Shown one piece after another: positions 21,851 to 32,771 of a DNA stretch of 64,000 bases (position 1 is its first letter; the number at the start of each line of letters is the position of its first letter). The position numbers and the translations under genes were made by a program. Under the pieces are notes generated by a model. The model saw nothing but the letters and a program-made list of their open reading frames with translations. It did not search any database and was not told the DNA's origin. The stretch is from Setoptus koraiensis (Eukaryota > Animalia > Arthropoda), in NCBI GenBank assembly GCA_048013815.1, contig CM106586.1, positions 17,546,001 to 17,610,000 of the forward strand. The letters are read 5' to 3'.

Positions 21851-24800
21851 ATGGCGGCCAGCGGCATGTGCACAGGTGATTTGAGCCGACAAAATGCAAC
21901 TGCCATCAACTGTCTCATACTACTAATGATCGGCCTGCTTGCGCTGCCCGCAAACACAAGCGGCACCGCAACAACAACAGCAACCAGCGGCCAACAGCAT
22001 CACAACAGCAAAATAGTGAGTATTACAGTAACTCAATTATCTCTTAATTAAGCGCTCGCTATAATAGCTCGCTCTCGAGCTTAATTAATTGGCATTAATT
22101 AGGCGGCCATTATTCAGTCAACGTGCTCGTCGTTGTGTGACGGCTGCTCGCGCGCCACACTCACCACAAGTTGCCACTCACAAGTTGCCACTCACAAGTT
22201 GAGAGTGAGTCTGTGTGTGTCCAAATGTCCACTTCCGGCCCGCAGACGCGCAAACAACAGACGCGTCCTGTTTGCTTTGTTTGCTTGACCGGCTTGACGC
22301 ACCGCCGACCGCTGCGTCCGTTACGGGCTGACCGCCTGCGTCTCCCGTCGGCGGGCACCCACATGCTAACCGTTGACCGCAAAATGAACTCTGTTGCAGC
22401 CTCGCGCAACCAGCCACAAAGCAACCACAAAACAATAGATAACATTGCTAACAAACTCGTGTACTCACACTCTTAACCCGCCATTCGCCTGCCAGGTCAA
22501 ACGGTTTGCCATAGCGTCAGTGCTGAACCCGAGCGCCGTCGCCGGAAACAGCGGCGTCCGACTATTTCCGGGCCCGAGACGCGCACTAATAGGCAATGTG
22601 GCCCGCTACGCATCGGCGGCCAGCTCGCTGATACCAATGAGAAGCGCCAGTGATAGTTACGCAACTAGACGCTCATCGTCGTCATCGTCGTCATCGTCCT
22701 TTGCTGACATGCCCCAATATGACGCAATCAGGCACCCGTCGCCCCATCAGCTGTTGCCAGCAGCCGTACCGGTGGCCGTACCGCGCCACCCCGTCAATGG
22801 GGCGGTGGCTAGCGCAAGCGCAAGCGAGGATATATCAATCAGGCGCTCGTATCAATCGGACGCGGTGGGCGCCGCCAGCGCTCAAGACAACGCCGCCGAT
22901 ATCCCATTTCCGGTTGCCTATCAGCAACCACAACAGCAGCAGCCGCAGCAGCAGTCTTACCAGAAGCCAAAGACGCTCGACAGTTACGACAGGCCGGCCA
23001 CGCTGTCGCCCCTGTTGTTGGGCCAGTCGAGCAGCACCAACCCGCAATTGCAGCACTACCTCATGAGGCAGCAGCAACAACAGCAACAGAAGCAGCAGCC
23101 CCAATTCACCGCAACTACCCGACATCCGCAACACATGGCCGCGTACCAGCAGCAACAGTCGACCACTCGGGCCGGCTACGACCAGATACCCGCACCGAAG
23201 CAGCATCCGCAGCAGGGCAACGAGTTGAGTGACTACGCGGGCAATTACAACGTCGATCAACAGTTGCAGCAGCTACAAACCAGAAAACCAATGGCACCCT
23301 CGCCCGTGGCCAGTCTCACCTATCAGCAGCGCAACCACGAGGCGGCGCCACCCGCAGACATGAGCAGCGTTGAGCCGTCGCTGGGCCCCACATATCCGGT
23401 GGAGCAGCCGCAACAGGCTACAAGTCCTATCCAATTAGCTCCTAAGAACGCCAGACAGCAACTGGAGTCGGCCCACACGAATCAGTTCGAGCGACGATCA
23501 CTAGTGCCATCATATCAACAACAACAACAACCATCCGCTGTGCCAACTATCTACGGCCGACAACAGCAGCAGCCGGCGCAACAATTGTCCAATTATCAGT
23601 CGGACGAGCAGTCGGACTATTCGCCGTCGGGCAGCCCGCACTTGCACGCCAACAGCGAGCCGGCCATCAACGGGCCGGCCCGTAGCTCGAGCCGGTACGC
23701 ACCGCAACCGCAAGACAATTCCTATTCGGGGTCCCAGCAGGACGGCGGCGCCACCGGCGACAACTCCGCCGGGCCCAGCGGGTACAGCGGCAAGGCCCAG
23801 GAGGGCCAATCGAGCGGGCCGACGGCCACGGGCGAGAGCGCCGACGAGAGCGCCGAACAAACTGAGGCCCAACAGAACAAGCCGGACAAATTGGCGCTGC
23901 TACTCATGAATTCAAAGTTTGTTTGTACGGGCCGCAAGGATGGCTACTACGCGGACAACAGCGTCCAATGTCAGGCCTTCCACTATTGCGTCAGCGGCGC
24001 CAAGCACTCATGGATGTGCCCCGAGGGCACCGTCTTCCACCAGGTCCACCTCAACTGTGTGCCCGCCAGCCAGGACATTTGCGACCAATCGGAGAAGTAC
24101 CACATGGTCAACGACTACCTCTACAAGGTGAGTGGGCCCCGCGCTGTTTATGCCCGGCCGTTTATGCCCTGCCGTTTATACCCGGCCGTTCAGACCCGGC
24201 CGTTTATGCCCTGCCGTTTATACCCGGCCGTTCAGACCCGGCCGTATATCCGGCTGTCTGTGTCCGCTCGTTCGCGCAACTTGTTCACTAATCTCTTGTC
24301 CGATCCTCTTGTCTATACCCGTCCGATCCATTTGTTTGTAACCGTCCGCGCCGCCCCGCGCAGCCCATGGACTCGAACGGGCCCAACGCCACCGTGCGCT
24401 ACCATCAGCGCTACTACCCCGAGGAGTTCACCTACGGCATGCCCAGCTCGGGCGGCGAGCCCAGCGGCGGCGAGTCGCAGCCCCCGCAATCGGCCGCCTC
24501 CTACAACGACGACGCCGGCAACACCAGCGGCAACCAGGATCAGCAACCGGCCGGCCCGTACAGGCCCGTTCCGGTGCCCTACCCGACGGGCCCCAAACAG
24601 CTGACCCGTCCGTCCGCAAATCACAATGCCTATGCCTCTCGCGCTCAGCAGTCCGACAGCGGGGTGCCCCAATACGGCGCCGCCGCCGGCGGCGGCCAGC
24701 GAAACAACGCCCAAATGTATCCGCCCAGCAACTCTTACGGACCGGGCAGCACGGCAAGCTACAATGACAACAACAACAACAATGCCGACTCAAGCTCCTC

Positions 24801-25905
24801 ATTGGACAACGACAACAACTCCGCCGACAACTCCGGCCCGTACAGCCCGCAAAGTGAGGCCGCCCCGAGCTCGCCGTCTCTGTCCGCTGTGGACAACGGC
24901 TTGAGCGGTCTGTCGGAGCAGGACTCCAGTTTGGGCTCGGCGCCCGACAGCTACTCAACGAGGACCTCGATGATGTCGTCGGCCCGGCACCATCCGGCAC
25001 ACAACAACGACCATTACGATCACTACAGTGCGCACAACAGTCAGCCGTCGCAACATTCAGCCTTTTCGCCCTCGGCGCCCGCCCGATCACTAGCTAGTCC
25101 CGTGCCGGTCCATCAGCCGCAAATGGTGGGCCAGCGACAAAGATTGACGCCCCAATACAACAGCAGATTGGCCGCCATGAACGGGGTGCCCCAATACGGA
25201 TCGCCGTCTCACATACAATCGTCGTCTTACAGCGGCAATCGTCGCCATCACCAACAATTATCCTCCTATTCGCCCTACGACAACAGCAACGGCGTTGCGG
25301 CCGGTGGCATGCAGTTGGCAGCCACAAACAACAACAATATTCAAGTCCAGAATCCGCCCCACAATGTTCACATGATGGTGACGCAACAACAACAACAATT
25401 AAAATCTACTCAACAACAACAACAACAAGACGCCGCCGGTAGTAGCACAACAACGCCCGGCGCCGCCACCACCGCCGCCACAGCAAGCTCAACTGGCGCA
25501 ATTGTAAACAACAAACAACATTCGAGCAACTCTTTGCAACATATCGACATCGACAAATTGGCCACTCTCAAGGAATTGGCGGCCAGATTGATACCTCACA
25601 TGAATGCGCAATCGTTGTCGCAATCAGCTCTGGCAAACACAAAGAAACAATCTTCAATTTACAGTGATCACGATCACGATCACAACAACAACAACAACGG
25701 TGACCAGCTCATGTCCTCTAGCACAATTGATCAACAGGAAGTGAGCGCCAATCAACAGCCAACGGTGTCATCCACCTCGAGCTTGCCAGAGACTTCCATG
25801 GAAGCGTCGATCGTGTCTAGTCCAGCCAACGTGGCCACATCATCAACAACCACAACCACAACAACGGCAACATATGGCAACAGTCAGACAAAGGGCAAAA
25901 ATTGA
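21851..25905 (+). CDS. Secreted low-complexity protein with one chitin-binding type-2 (CBM14/peritrophin-A) domain; join(21851..22015,22496..24127,24364..25905), 1112 aa
   Basis: Exon 1 has a hydrophobic signal-like stretch (INCLILLMIGLLALPA). Donors GTGAGT at 22016 and 24128 and acceptors CAG are all phase 0. The six-Cys domain is FVCTGRKDGYYADNSVQCQAFHYCVSGAKHSWMCPEGTVFHQVHLNCVPASQDIC, continuing across intron 2 into YK|PMDSNGPNATVRYHQRYYPEEF. Confidence 0.88.
24148..24250. repeat. Intronic 14-bp tandem repeat with a 42-bp higher-order unit
   Basis: CCCGGCCGTTTATG / CCCTGCCGTTTATA / CCCGGCCGTTCAGA triplet repeated twice, plus flanking monomers. Confidence 0.75.
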
Positions 25906-26248
25906 TAACATATCGCTCACAATTGTCAGAGGACAACAATCAATCCTCGGCGTGCTGAAGGAAGAGTCACAGTCGTGTAGAGATGCACTTTTTTACAAAT
26001 GATTATTATTATAAAAAAACTCTTGTTATCATTGTTATTATTATTATTATCATAGCGTGTTTTCCATAGTTATTTTGTCATTCAACAACAACAACAGTCC
26101 AATGCTCCTAATGTTCAATCTATGTAATTACCAGCCCCGCTCTTGGGCTAACAAACAAAATAAATTTGTCATCTTGTGACCATTGCGGTCATTATTTGTT
26201 TCTATTATTATCCGGTTAGCGTACCAATTATACCCAATACATATGACA

Positions 26249-27667
26249 TTATGTGCAGGAAAATAATTGTTTCATTGAATACTTCCAGATTCGTAAATTA
26301 CTTTTGTCTGACAAATTATTACCTAGGATGTCGTAGATAATATCTGCCAAAGCTGCCATGGTACCGTTTCGGTTGTATTCTTTGGCCATTCTATCACGGG
26401 AGCCCACTCCAAGCGCTATGAAGAGACCATTTTCCGACAAATCAGGCGAGATATACATGGTTAGGCTCCTACTGAGGCACTTCAGACGACAGTGTAAGTA
26501 TCTAAGTTTGGCGATATTGTCATCGAATCTGATAGGGAGCTTCAGGGTATCAAAATAATGACTGAATTGTATTAAATAATGGATGGTCACATTAGAGATG
26601 GTAACACTCTGAACAGGTTTCTTCCCAAGTTTAACCAACAAACTGTAGCTTTCGAGAAGTTTCAGATCTGGAATGAGATCAATAACACGAGTTAGATCCA
26701 GTGTAATTGCATCTTCAGGCATCCCAATATAATTTAATGTCAGATGTAGTCGTTTGAGGCGATTTTCATTCGGTATCACATGTTCCAATATTGTGCCTGC
26801 ATCGGGCAGATCAACTCTTGTCTGGCCGTTCGTCTCGACAGTCGGTTTCAACCCTTCGACCACCAGTTCGAGTTTCTCTAAATTGACGAACTTTAGTGGA
26901 CAACTTCTGAATGTCTTTGATTTTCTCCTTGATTTGTCAGAAAAATTGAATTTCAGGCTCAAGTGACGTAATGGCAATTTTCGTGGCGGTATATCATACT
27001 TATAGTGGTCGCACAAATCTTCATAAGTGGTCGCATTACCTCTGATACTGAGCAAATTATGTAGGTTGGCTGCAATCAAGAACTGGCTCCTGGTAATTTC
27101 GGAATCTGATATATCCAAATGAGTTAAACTGCCACATTCCGGACGGAGCTGATACACACCGATAGTACCGCGATAGCCAAACGTAGATGCGTGACAAATA
27201 CTAAGATGTCTCGCTCGGGGACACAATCTAAAGAGCTCTGACAAGAATGTATAACATAAAGCACCGCAGCAATCTAGATGGATGCTTTCGATTTTGGGAA
27301 AACAACTAAGGGGATACGTTCGCTGATGGGAACTCAACAATGGTGAATCTGCCACTCTCACTTCTAGTCTAGTTAGAAGATCCGGATCGGCGCCATACAA
27401 TTGCCAGAATGCCTCGTAATCTTGTTCCGAATTTCCAATTCCTTCCAATATCACTTTTAGAGATTTGCAATGAGACCGGCGTTGTGCCATGATTTGCTGG
27501 CTTTGCTCAGTCCTGGGGCAAAACTCCAAATGATCGATACGTTTCAGTCCGTCGATTACATTTCGCCATCGTTGGCACACCATGGCCGAGTGGCATCTAT
27601 CCAGGTACGATAATTGGGAAAATATGAGTCCAAGGCAATCGTCATTGAGAGCATCGTTTATGGACAT
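26249..27667 (-). CDS. F-box protein with degenerate LRR-like region, 472 aa, intronless
   Basis: N-terminal F-box LNDDCLGLIFSQLSYLDRCHSAMVCQRWRNVI, followed by LxxLxL repeats (LTHLDIS, LRHLSL, LEKLEL, LKRLHL). Confidence 0.82.
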   Translation of the reverse strand: MSINDALNDDCLGLIFSQLSYLDRCHSAMVCQRWRNVIDGLKRIDHLEFCPRTEQSQQIMAQRRSHCKSLKVILEGIGNSEQDYEAFWQLYGADPDLLTRLEVRVADSPLLSSHQRTYPLSCFPKIESIHLDCCGALCYTFLSELFRLCPRARHLSICHASTFGYRGTIGVYQLRPECGSLTHLDISDSEITRSQFLIAANLHNLLSIRGNATTYEDLCDHYKYDIPPRKLPLRHLSLKFNFSDKSRRKSKTFRSCPLKFVNLEKLELVVEGLKPTVETNGQTRVDLPDAGTILEHVIPNENRLKRLHLTLNYIGMPEDAITLDLTRVIDLIPDLKLLESYSLLVKLGKKPVQSVTISNVTIHYLIQFSHYFDTLKLPIRFDDNIAKLRYLHCRLKCLSRSLTMYISPDLSENGLFIALGVGSRDRMAKEYNRNGTMAALADIIYDILGNNLSDKSNLRIWKYSMKQLFSCT

Positions 27668-28092
27668 AGTTAAATAATTGCTGGCTTGGCTTTAATACAG
27701 CTGGTGTGATAATGTGTATTTTATAGATTTTATTTCATCTATGAATAATTTCTCTGGCATTTATTAACAATTCTGAATTTATCTATGAATAAACAAGCGA
27801 CGACAGTTATCACTACGCGCAATTCTTTCAACCGCTAAGTGGGCTGTCTGCAGAAAAACGGTCACTCTACACGCGTCACGTGGTCGCGTAGTGTTTGTTT
27901 GTTTACCCCTGTTCAGTTATGCGTGATATCAACAGTAACGTGTATTCGACATTTGTAACAGGACAATGGGCTCCTACAAGAAACAATTTACACATTCAAA
28001 CATTAAACATTTATTCATACGGACGCTATTACTTTATTTACAATTTTGGATACAATTTAATATTCTCGATGCAATCATCTATGGCTTGCTAG

Positions 28093-30326
28093 TCAATTTG
28101 GGGGCGCCAGTAAAGGCTTAGATTCGGAAAGAGCGAGACTCTTCTCGACGTCGATGGAGTCTTGCGACACGCTTCGTTTAATGATTGATCTCCTCCGATT
28201 GAACAGACTATATACTAGAGCCACCAGTCCCTGGGAAAATAAGCATGAGAGTGGTATTATAATCGATCATCAATTATTATTATTACAGCCGTTGATTGGC
28301 GCAACAGGTATTGTTGTTGGTACTCACTAGCGTTAGTTCGACAAAAAAGAAAATACTCGTTCCCATCCTGTAGCCATAGTTCTCGTAGAGCCATCCACCT
28401 ATAGATGGCCCAAGGAATGAGCTGCAACAAGAAACAAGTTTGATATCAATTATTTGCCTTGGATCATTTCATTGTGCTACCTTGCTACTTGTATAACTAC
28501 TGTATCAGACCATCAAAATGTGTTTAACTAACCCCAGTGACCCGCAGGAAAATACGACGGACGAAACTAAGGCATACGTTCTTTTGTCATCGGGAAATCC
28601 CCTCCTCTGGACGGCATCCGACAAAGTGCTGCAACATGCAAAGAAAAATAATTTAATGTCATATTTTCTACGCACGAATAAATATATATTAGATTATAAA
28701 TTGAGTACCCACTTGTAGAACGCTGGTACAAACTTGAGACCAACACCACATCCGAGTGCCACCAATGAGAGGACAACCAACCATAGTTCGCTAGACAAGA
28801 AGACAAGTTAAATCTTCATTGTATTTAGTGTCTATACACTTGTCATGGCTCGACGATGATTTACACAGTGGCAACTTACGTTTGTATGGGCAAAAACGGA
28901 AGGGGCCCGATAAATATTATACCTAGAGTCATGAGAAAGTGTCCTACTATAATGATAATTTTTGGATTGAACTGTGTGGATGAGATTTTCAATTAGTATT
29001 CGTTCTCTCACTTATGACCGGTAATCTGTAAACTGGAGAGCCCAACACTTACGCCGATGTCGCATATTTTCCCAACAATCGGACTGGAGATGGCGAAAAC
29101 TGAGTGTGTAGAATGATAGAAGATAGAGTTCGATATCAATTATTACTTTAACATCACGACAGTGGGGGAAACAACTTGAGTAAAACAAGCGTGCATCAAT
29201 GGATTATTTGAATGACCACTTACACCCGCCGTCTATAATGAAAAGAAAACCAATGGCTAGAACTCCAATGTCGAATTTTCTCAAATGAGGTTCCAATGTT
29301 GCCGCGTTGAAGCCTAAAAATGTGAAACTTGAAACAATTGCAAGCAAGTCCAGTATGCAACCAACGTCGGCGAAAAGATCAAATAGACCCAATTTGTAAC
29401 TGCCCTCTGGCGCTCTGTCACCAGAAACAGGTGGATTGGGCAATAGGAACATGCTACCTATACTACCGGCCAGTAAGAATGAACCTAACACAGTAAACGG
29501 GAGAGTGTAGCCACCCAATTCGTAGAGGAAGCTACCTACTGTTGGACCTGCAATCAAACCCAAACCGAAGCCTGTCTCAAGTATGCTGAATGCGGTGGCT
29601 ACGTTGTCGGGAAATAATGATGCAACAGCCGTGAAATTTGCTACGCTGAACAAGATGGCACCAAATGCTTCAAATATTCTTACTGTGTAAGCTAGAGTAA
29701 TGAATGGCTTTCCGTACGGAACCTTGTCTAAGAAACTTTATGGGCGAAGCACGCACAAGAGATTAGATACAGATAATTCATCTGACAATAGATTCTTAAC
29801 GAACAATCCGGGACGTCACCACTCACCCAAATGTTATTACAGACACGCCGATGATGAACAAACCCATTGAGATCATACTTTTGGTTGGTATGCGACCAAT
29901 CTGAGATTTGGTGATAGTATCGGTGTATCATATTGTGACAGATTAGCCAGTGCCGACTAACAGTTCCTGCAACAATTGTTTTCTAGTGTAACTTTTGTTT
30001 GTTATAACTACTTAGAACTCACCAGTTTTCCACAGAGAGGCGAAAAAAGTATTATTATCAGCTCGTAGATCCCGAAAACCAAACCATACTCGGTTGGCGT
30101 GGCTCCCTTGAGTTCGGCCTCACGTGGGAAAAATGGCGCTTGCAATGATACGCAAACTGCCGACCAGAAGTTTCCTGTATAGGCAATATGATTTATAATT
30201 TAATAATGTGAGCTTATTTGTTAACACACGCCGATGATATTGATAATGATTGTGCGATAACAATGTGATATTCCGGAACTTACCATAGGCAAACAGAAGC
30301 ATAATGTTGTTCTTGATTAGAGTCAT
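28093..30326 (-). CDS. SLC18B1: MFS transporter SLC18B1-like; complement join(30326..30284,30174..30023,29900..29827,29735..29224,29099..29053,28971..28880,28790..28713,28628..28533,28421..28328,28230..28093), 441 aa
   Basis: Ten exons rebuilt by hand; all nine introns are GT-AG with consistent phases (1326 nt total). Motifs: GNFWSAVCVSLQAPFFPREAELKGA, ETGFGLGLIAGPTVGSFLYELGGY, LEPHL, GFPDDKRTYALVS, GSFLGPSIGGWLYE. An N-terminal extension from an upstream exon cannot be excluded. Confidence 0.9.
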
Positions 30327-30961
30327 TTTGTGTTTGTGAGTTTGTTTCTTAGCTTTGATTATGATGTCTATATCTAAAATGGACGAAAGTTAGGTTGACA
30401 GTGGTGATTACAGTTTCCTTGTTTTGTGTTCAACAAAGAGTTCCAATAGGATTTATCTTGGCTGGTTACAAAGAATACAAACATGAGACTGTTGTAATCA
30501 TTTCAAATTGAGATAGATGATCGTGTTATAAATTGCGCTAAAATTCACTGGAATAATATCAGTTCTTTGTTGGCTGAATACTGCCAGTAACAATACTGGA
30601 TGATGATTTGTCTTGATCGGGCGATATTATCATCAAAGTAAAACTGTGTTATGTGACATTGATGTGTTGATGGCAGTACATCTACATGAACGTTAATACA
30701 GATCCGTGGACAAATTATCAAATTGAATGGGGTGAGAACAAAACTAATTCAATTTAGATCGACGCAAATTACTTGTTGATAGATATTGATTATCAAGGAG
30801 AGTAGGTGAAATCTATTGTTGTAGATACTTTGATTATCCCATTCATTTCTCTCATCTTTGTCTTGCAAGTCTGTCTGGCTAAGTACCTGTATCAGTTTTG
30901 TTTATTTCTTCACACATACTCATGAAGCGTGGTCTTTGTTTACTGGTTAATCAATCACTGA

Positions 30962-30967
<6 letters not shown>

Positions 30968-31038
<71 letters not shown>
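30968..31038. repeat. (CT)n microsatellite, about 35 units
   Basis: Directly visible. Confidence 0.97.
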
Positions 31039-31041
<3 letters not shown>

Positions 31042-31367
31042 CTAATAAGAATATTCTATGCTTGTTGTTTCTGACACAAATAACAGAAAGTCTACATGAA
31101 AACAACAATGCGATGAATTAGATAACAACGCCAAGACATCCATTGCTATGATGCACATGATATAATAGTAGTTATAATATAGCATAAAGAATATATGATA
31201 TAACTAACAATATATTGTGTTGATCAGATTAAAACACAATATTATCCCGTTAATACAATCAGAGATACAATAGTTTTTAGCGATCTAGATCATTCAATCG
31301 ATGAATGAAGGTTAGAAACAAGTAAACACTTAGACATCCTAAGAGTCTACATGTCCGTATTTTGTAA

Positions 31368-31718
31368 ATTTATGCTATTACCGGTATGTCTACAATTGAC
31401 ACGAATTGATGATAAGATAATTATCACTATGCTATCTAGTTATAATTATCGCAGCAATGAAAGTCGAAAATATCCGGATATGCCGAAGTCATACAAGTTC
31501 GATCGAGCAGATTCGATTGCGACTCGCTTGTTCGAATGGCAACAGACAAGATAACTAACAGAGTTACTTAAAAGAATTGTTTATTTTTTACTTTCAGATG
31601 GATTCTATCATTCGAACCGTCCATCTAAGAATGACTGTAAAATTATATAATCATCTATTTTCTGATTGAGATTGTAACATCTAGCCCATTATGCATACAT
31701 TGATTTGCATATATGCTA
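31368..31718 (+). repeat. Diverged direct duplicate of the 3' flank 32437..32668, with an insertion of about 120 bp
   Basis: Shared blocks include ATGCTATTACCGGTATGTCT, AATGGCAACAGACAAGA, TTGTTTATTTTTTACTTTCAGATGGATTC and CCGTCCATCTAAGAATGACTGTAAAATTATATAATCATCTATTT. Confidence 0.88.
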
Positions 31719-31747
31719 TACCTTACTACTTTCCTCATCTAACTTGA

Positions 31748-31780
31748 GAATCTCGAGTCGAGAATCTCGACTCGAGATTC
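31748..31780. repeat. Perfect 33-bp palindrome (16-bp arms, 1-nt centre)
   Basis: GAATCTCGAGTCGAGA-A-TCTCGACTCGAGATTC. Confidence 0.95.
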
Positions 31781-32034
31781 AACGCGAGTCGCGCTCTGTC
31801 GTAGTTCAGGCCTAGTTCTGGCACAAACAACCTGGGCGCTCTGCCATGCACAGCAATGCGTGAAGTGCGTCGCCGAAATGTGGCACACGACCGAAGGACG
31901 GGCACACAGAGGGTTTAAAAAGAAGCGACGACATCGTCGGCCGCTACTCTCAATCAATCTATTTAAATTCAGTATTATTTACAGATAATCTATTTTTTAT
32001 ACTATTCTTCTATTAATACAAATAATGCTCAAAT

Positions 32035-32424
32035 ATGGCCTCGGTCAGTCCAACATCGTGGTTTGATATCAAAGAGGAGCAGCCAACACTATCGGACAGC
32101 AATGGAAAATCGTCCAACAACAGTGGCGGTGTCAATATATTGGATGAGGACATTTATTGCAGTTCCTCAGTGGCTGAGGATATCAGTGATCAAATGGCTG
32201 TAGCGGTGCTAAGATTGCAAACTAGTCTGGAACAGGTGACGAAACGGCTGGATTTGGTGGAGGGACAAATTAAATCTCTTAATAAGGCTAACAGCAGCAC
32301 AAGCAAGAAGTCAAATAACAAAAATTTTAATATCTTAACTACAACGAATATTTTTATGATAACGTGGCCAGTGATAGTTTATTTTGCATTCCGTGCAATT
32401 GAGAAAAGGAGAAACTCAAGCTAG
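32035..32424 (+). CDS. Small coiled-coil plus TM protein resembling the ACBD5 C-terminus (copy 2), 129 aa
   Basis: Same protein as 8903..9292. One synonymous difference (CAA vs CAG) seen in 390 nt. AATAAA at about 32434. Confidence 0.65.
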   Translation: MASVSPTSWFDIKEEQPTLSDSNGKSSNNSGGVNILDEDIYCSSSVAEDISDQMAVAVLRLQTSLEQVTKRLDLVEGQIKSLNKANSSTSKKSNNKNFNILTTTNIFMITWPVIVYFAFRAIEKRRNSS

Positions 32425-32771
32425 TAAATACTAATAAATGCTATTACCGGTATGTCTTTACGCGGCTCGATTCGCTTGTTCTAATGGCAACAGACAAGAC
32501 CACTAACAGAACAGTTACTTAAAAAAAATTGTTTATTTTTTACTTTCAGATGGATTCGATCAATCAAACCGTCCATCTAAGAATGACTGTAAAATTATAT
32601 AATCATCTATTTTCTGGTTGAGATTTTAACATAGAGCCTATTATGCGTACATTGGTTTGCATATATGCAGTGCCATTGATGGGTAGCTTCATAAAGATTA
32701 AACAAGTTTACCAATTGTAGATTCAATTGTGCTAATTCATAATAGATCGTTTTTGTTAGTATCGTAAATCA

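Noticed and set aside
31900-31920. GGGCACACAGAGGGTTTAA as a piggyBac-like terminus
   Set aside because: There is an extra base between TTAA and CCC, and no partner end was found in the window.
32548-32630. Hairpin plus ATGA...AAA...TGA as a snoRNA or SECIS element
   Set aside because: Box H/ACA, C/D and SECIS spacings do not fit by eye.
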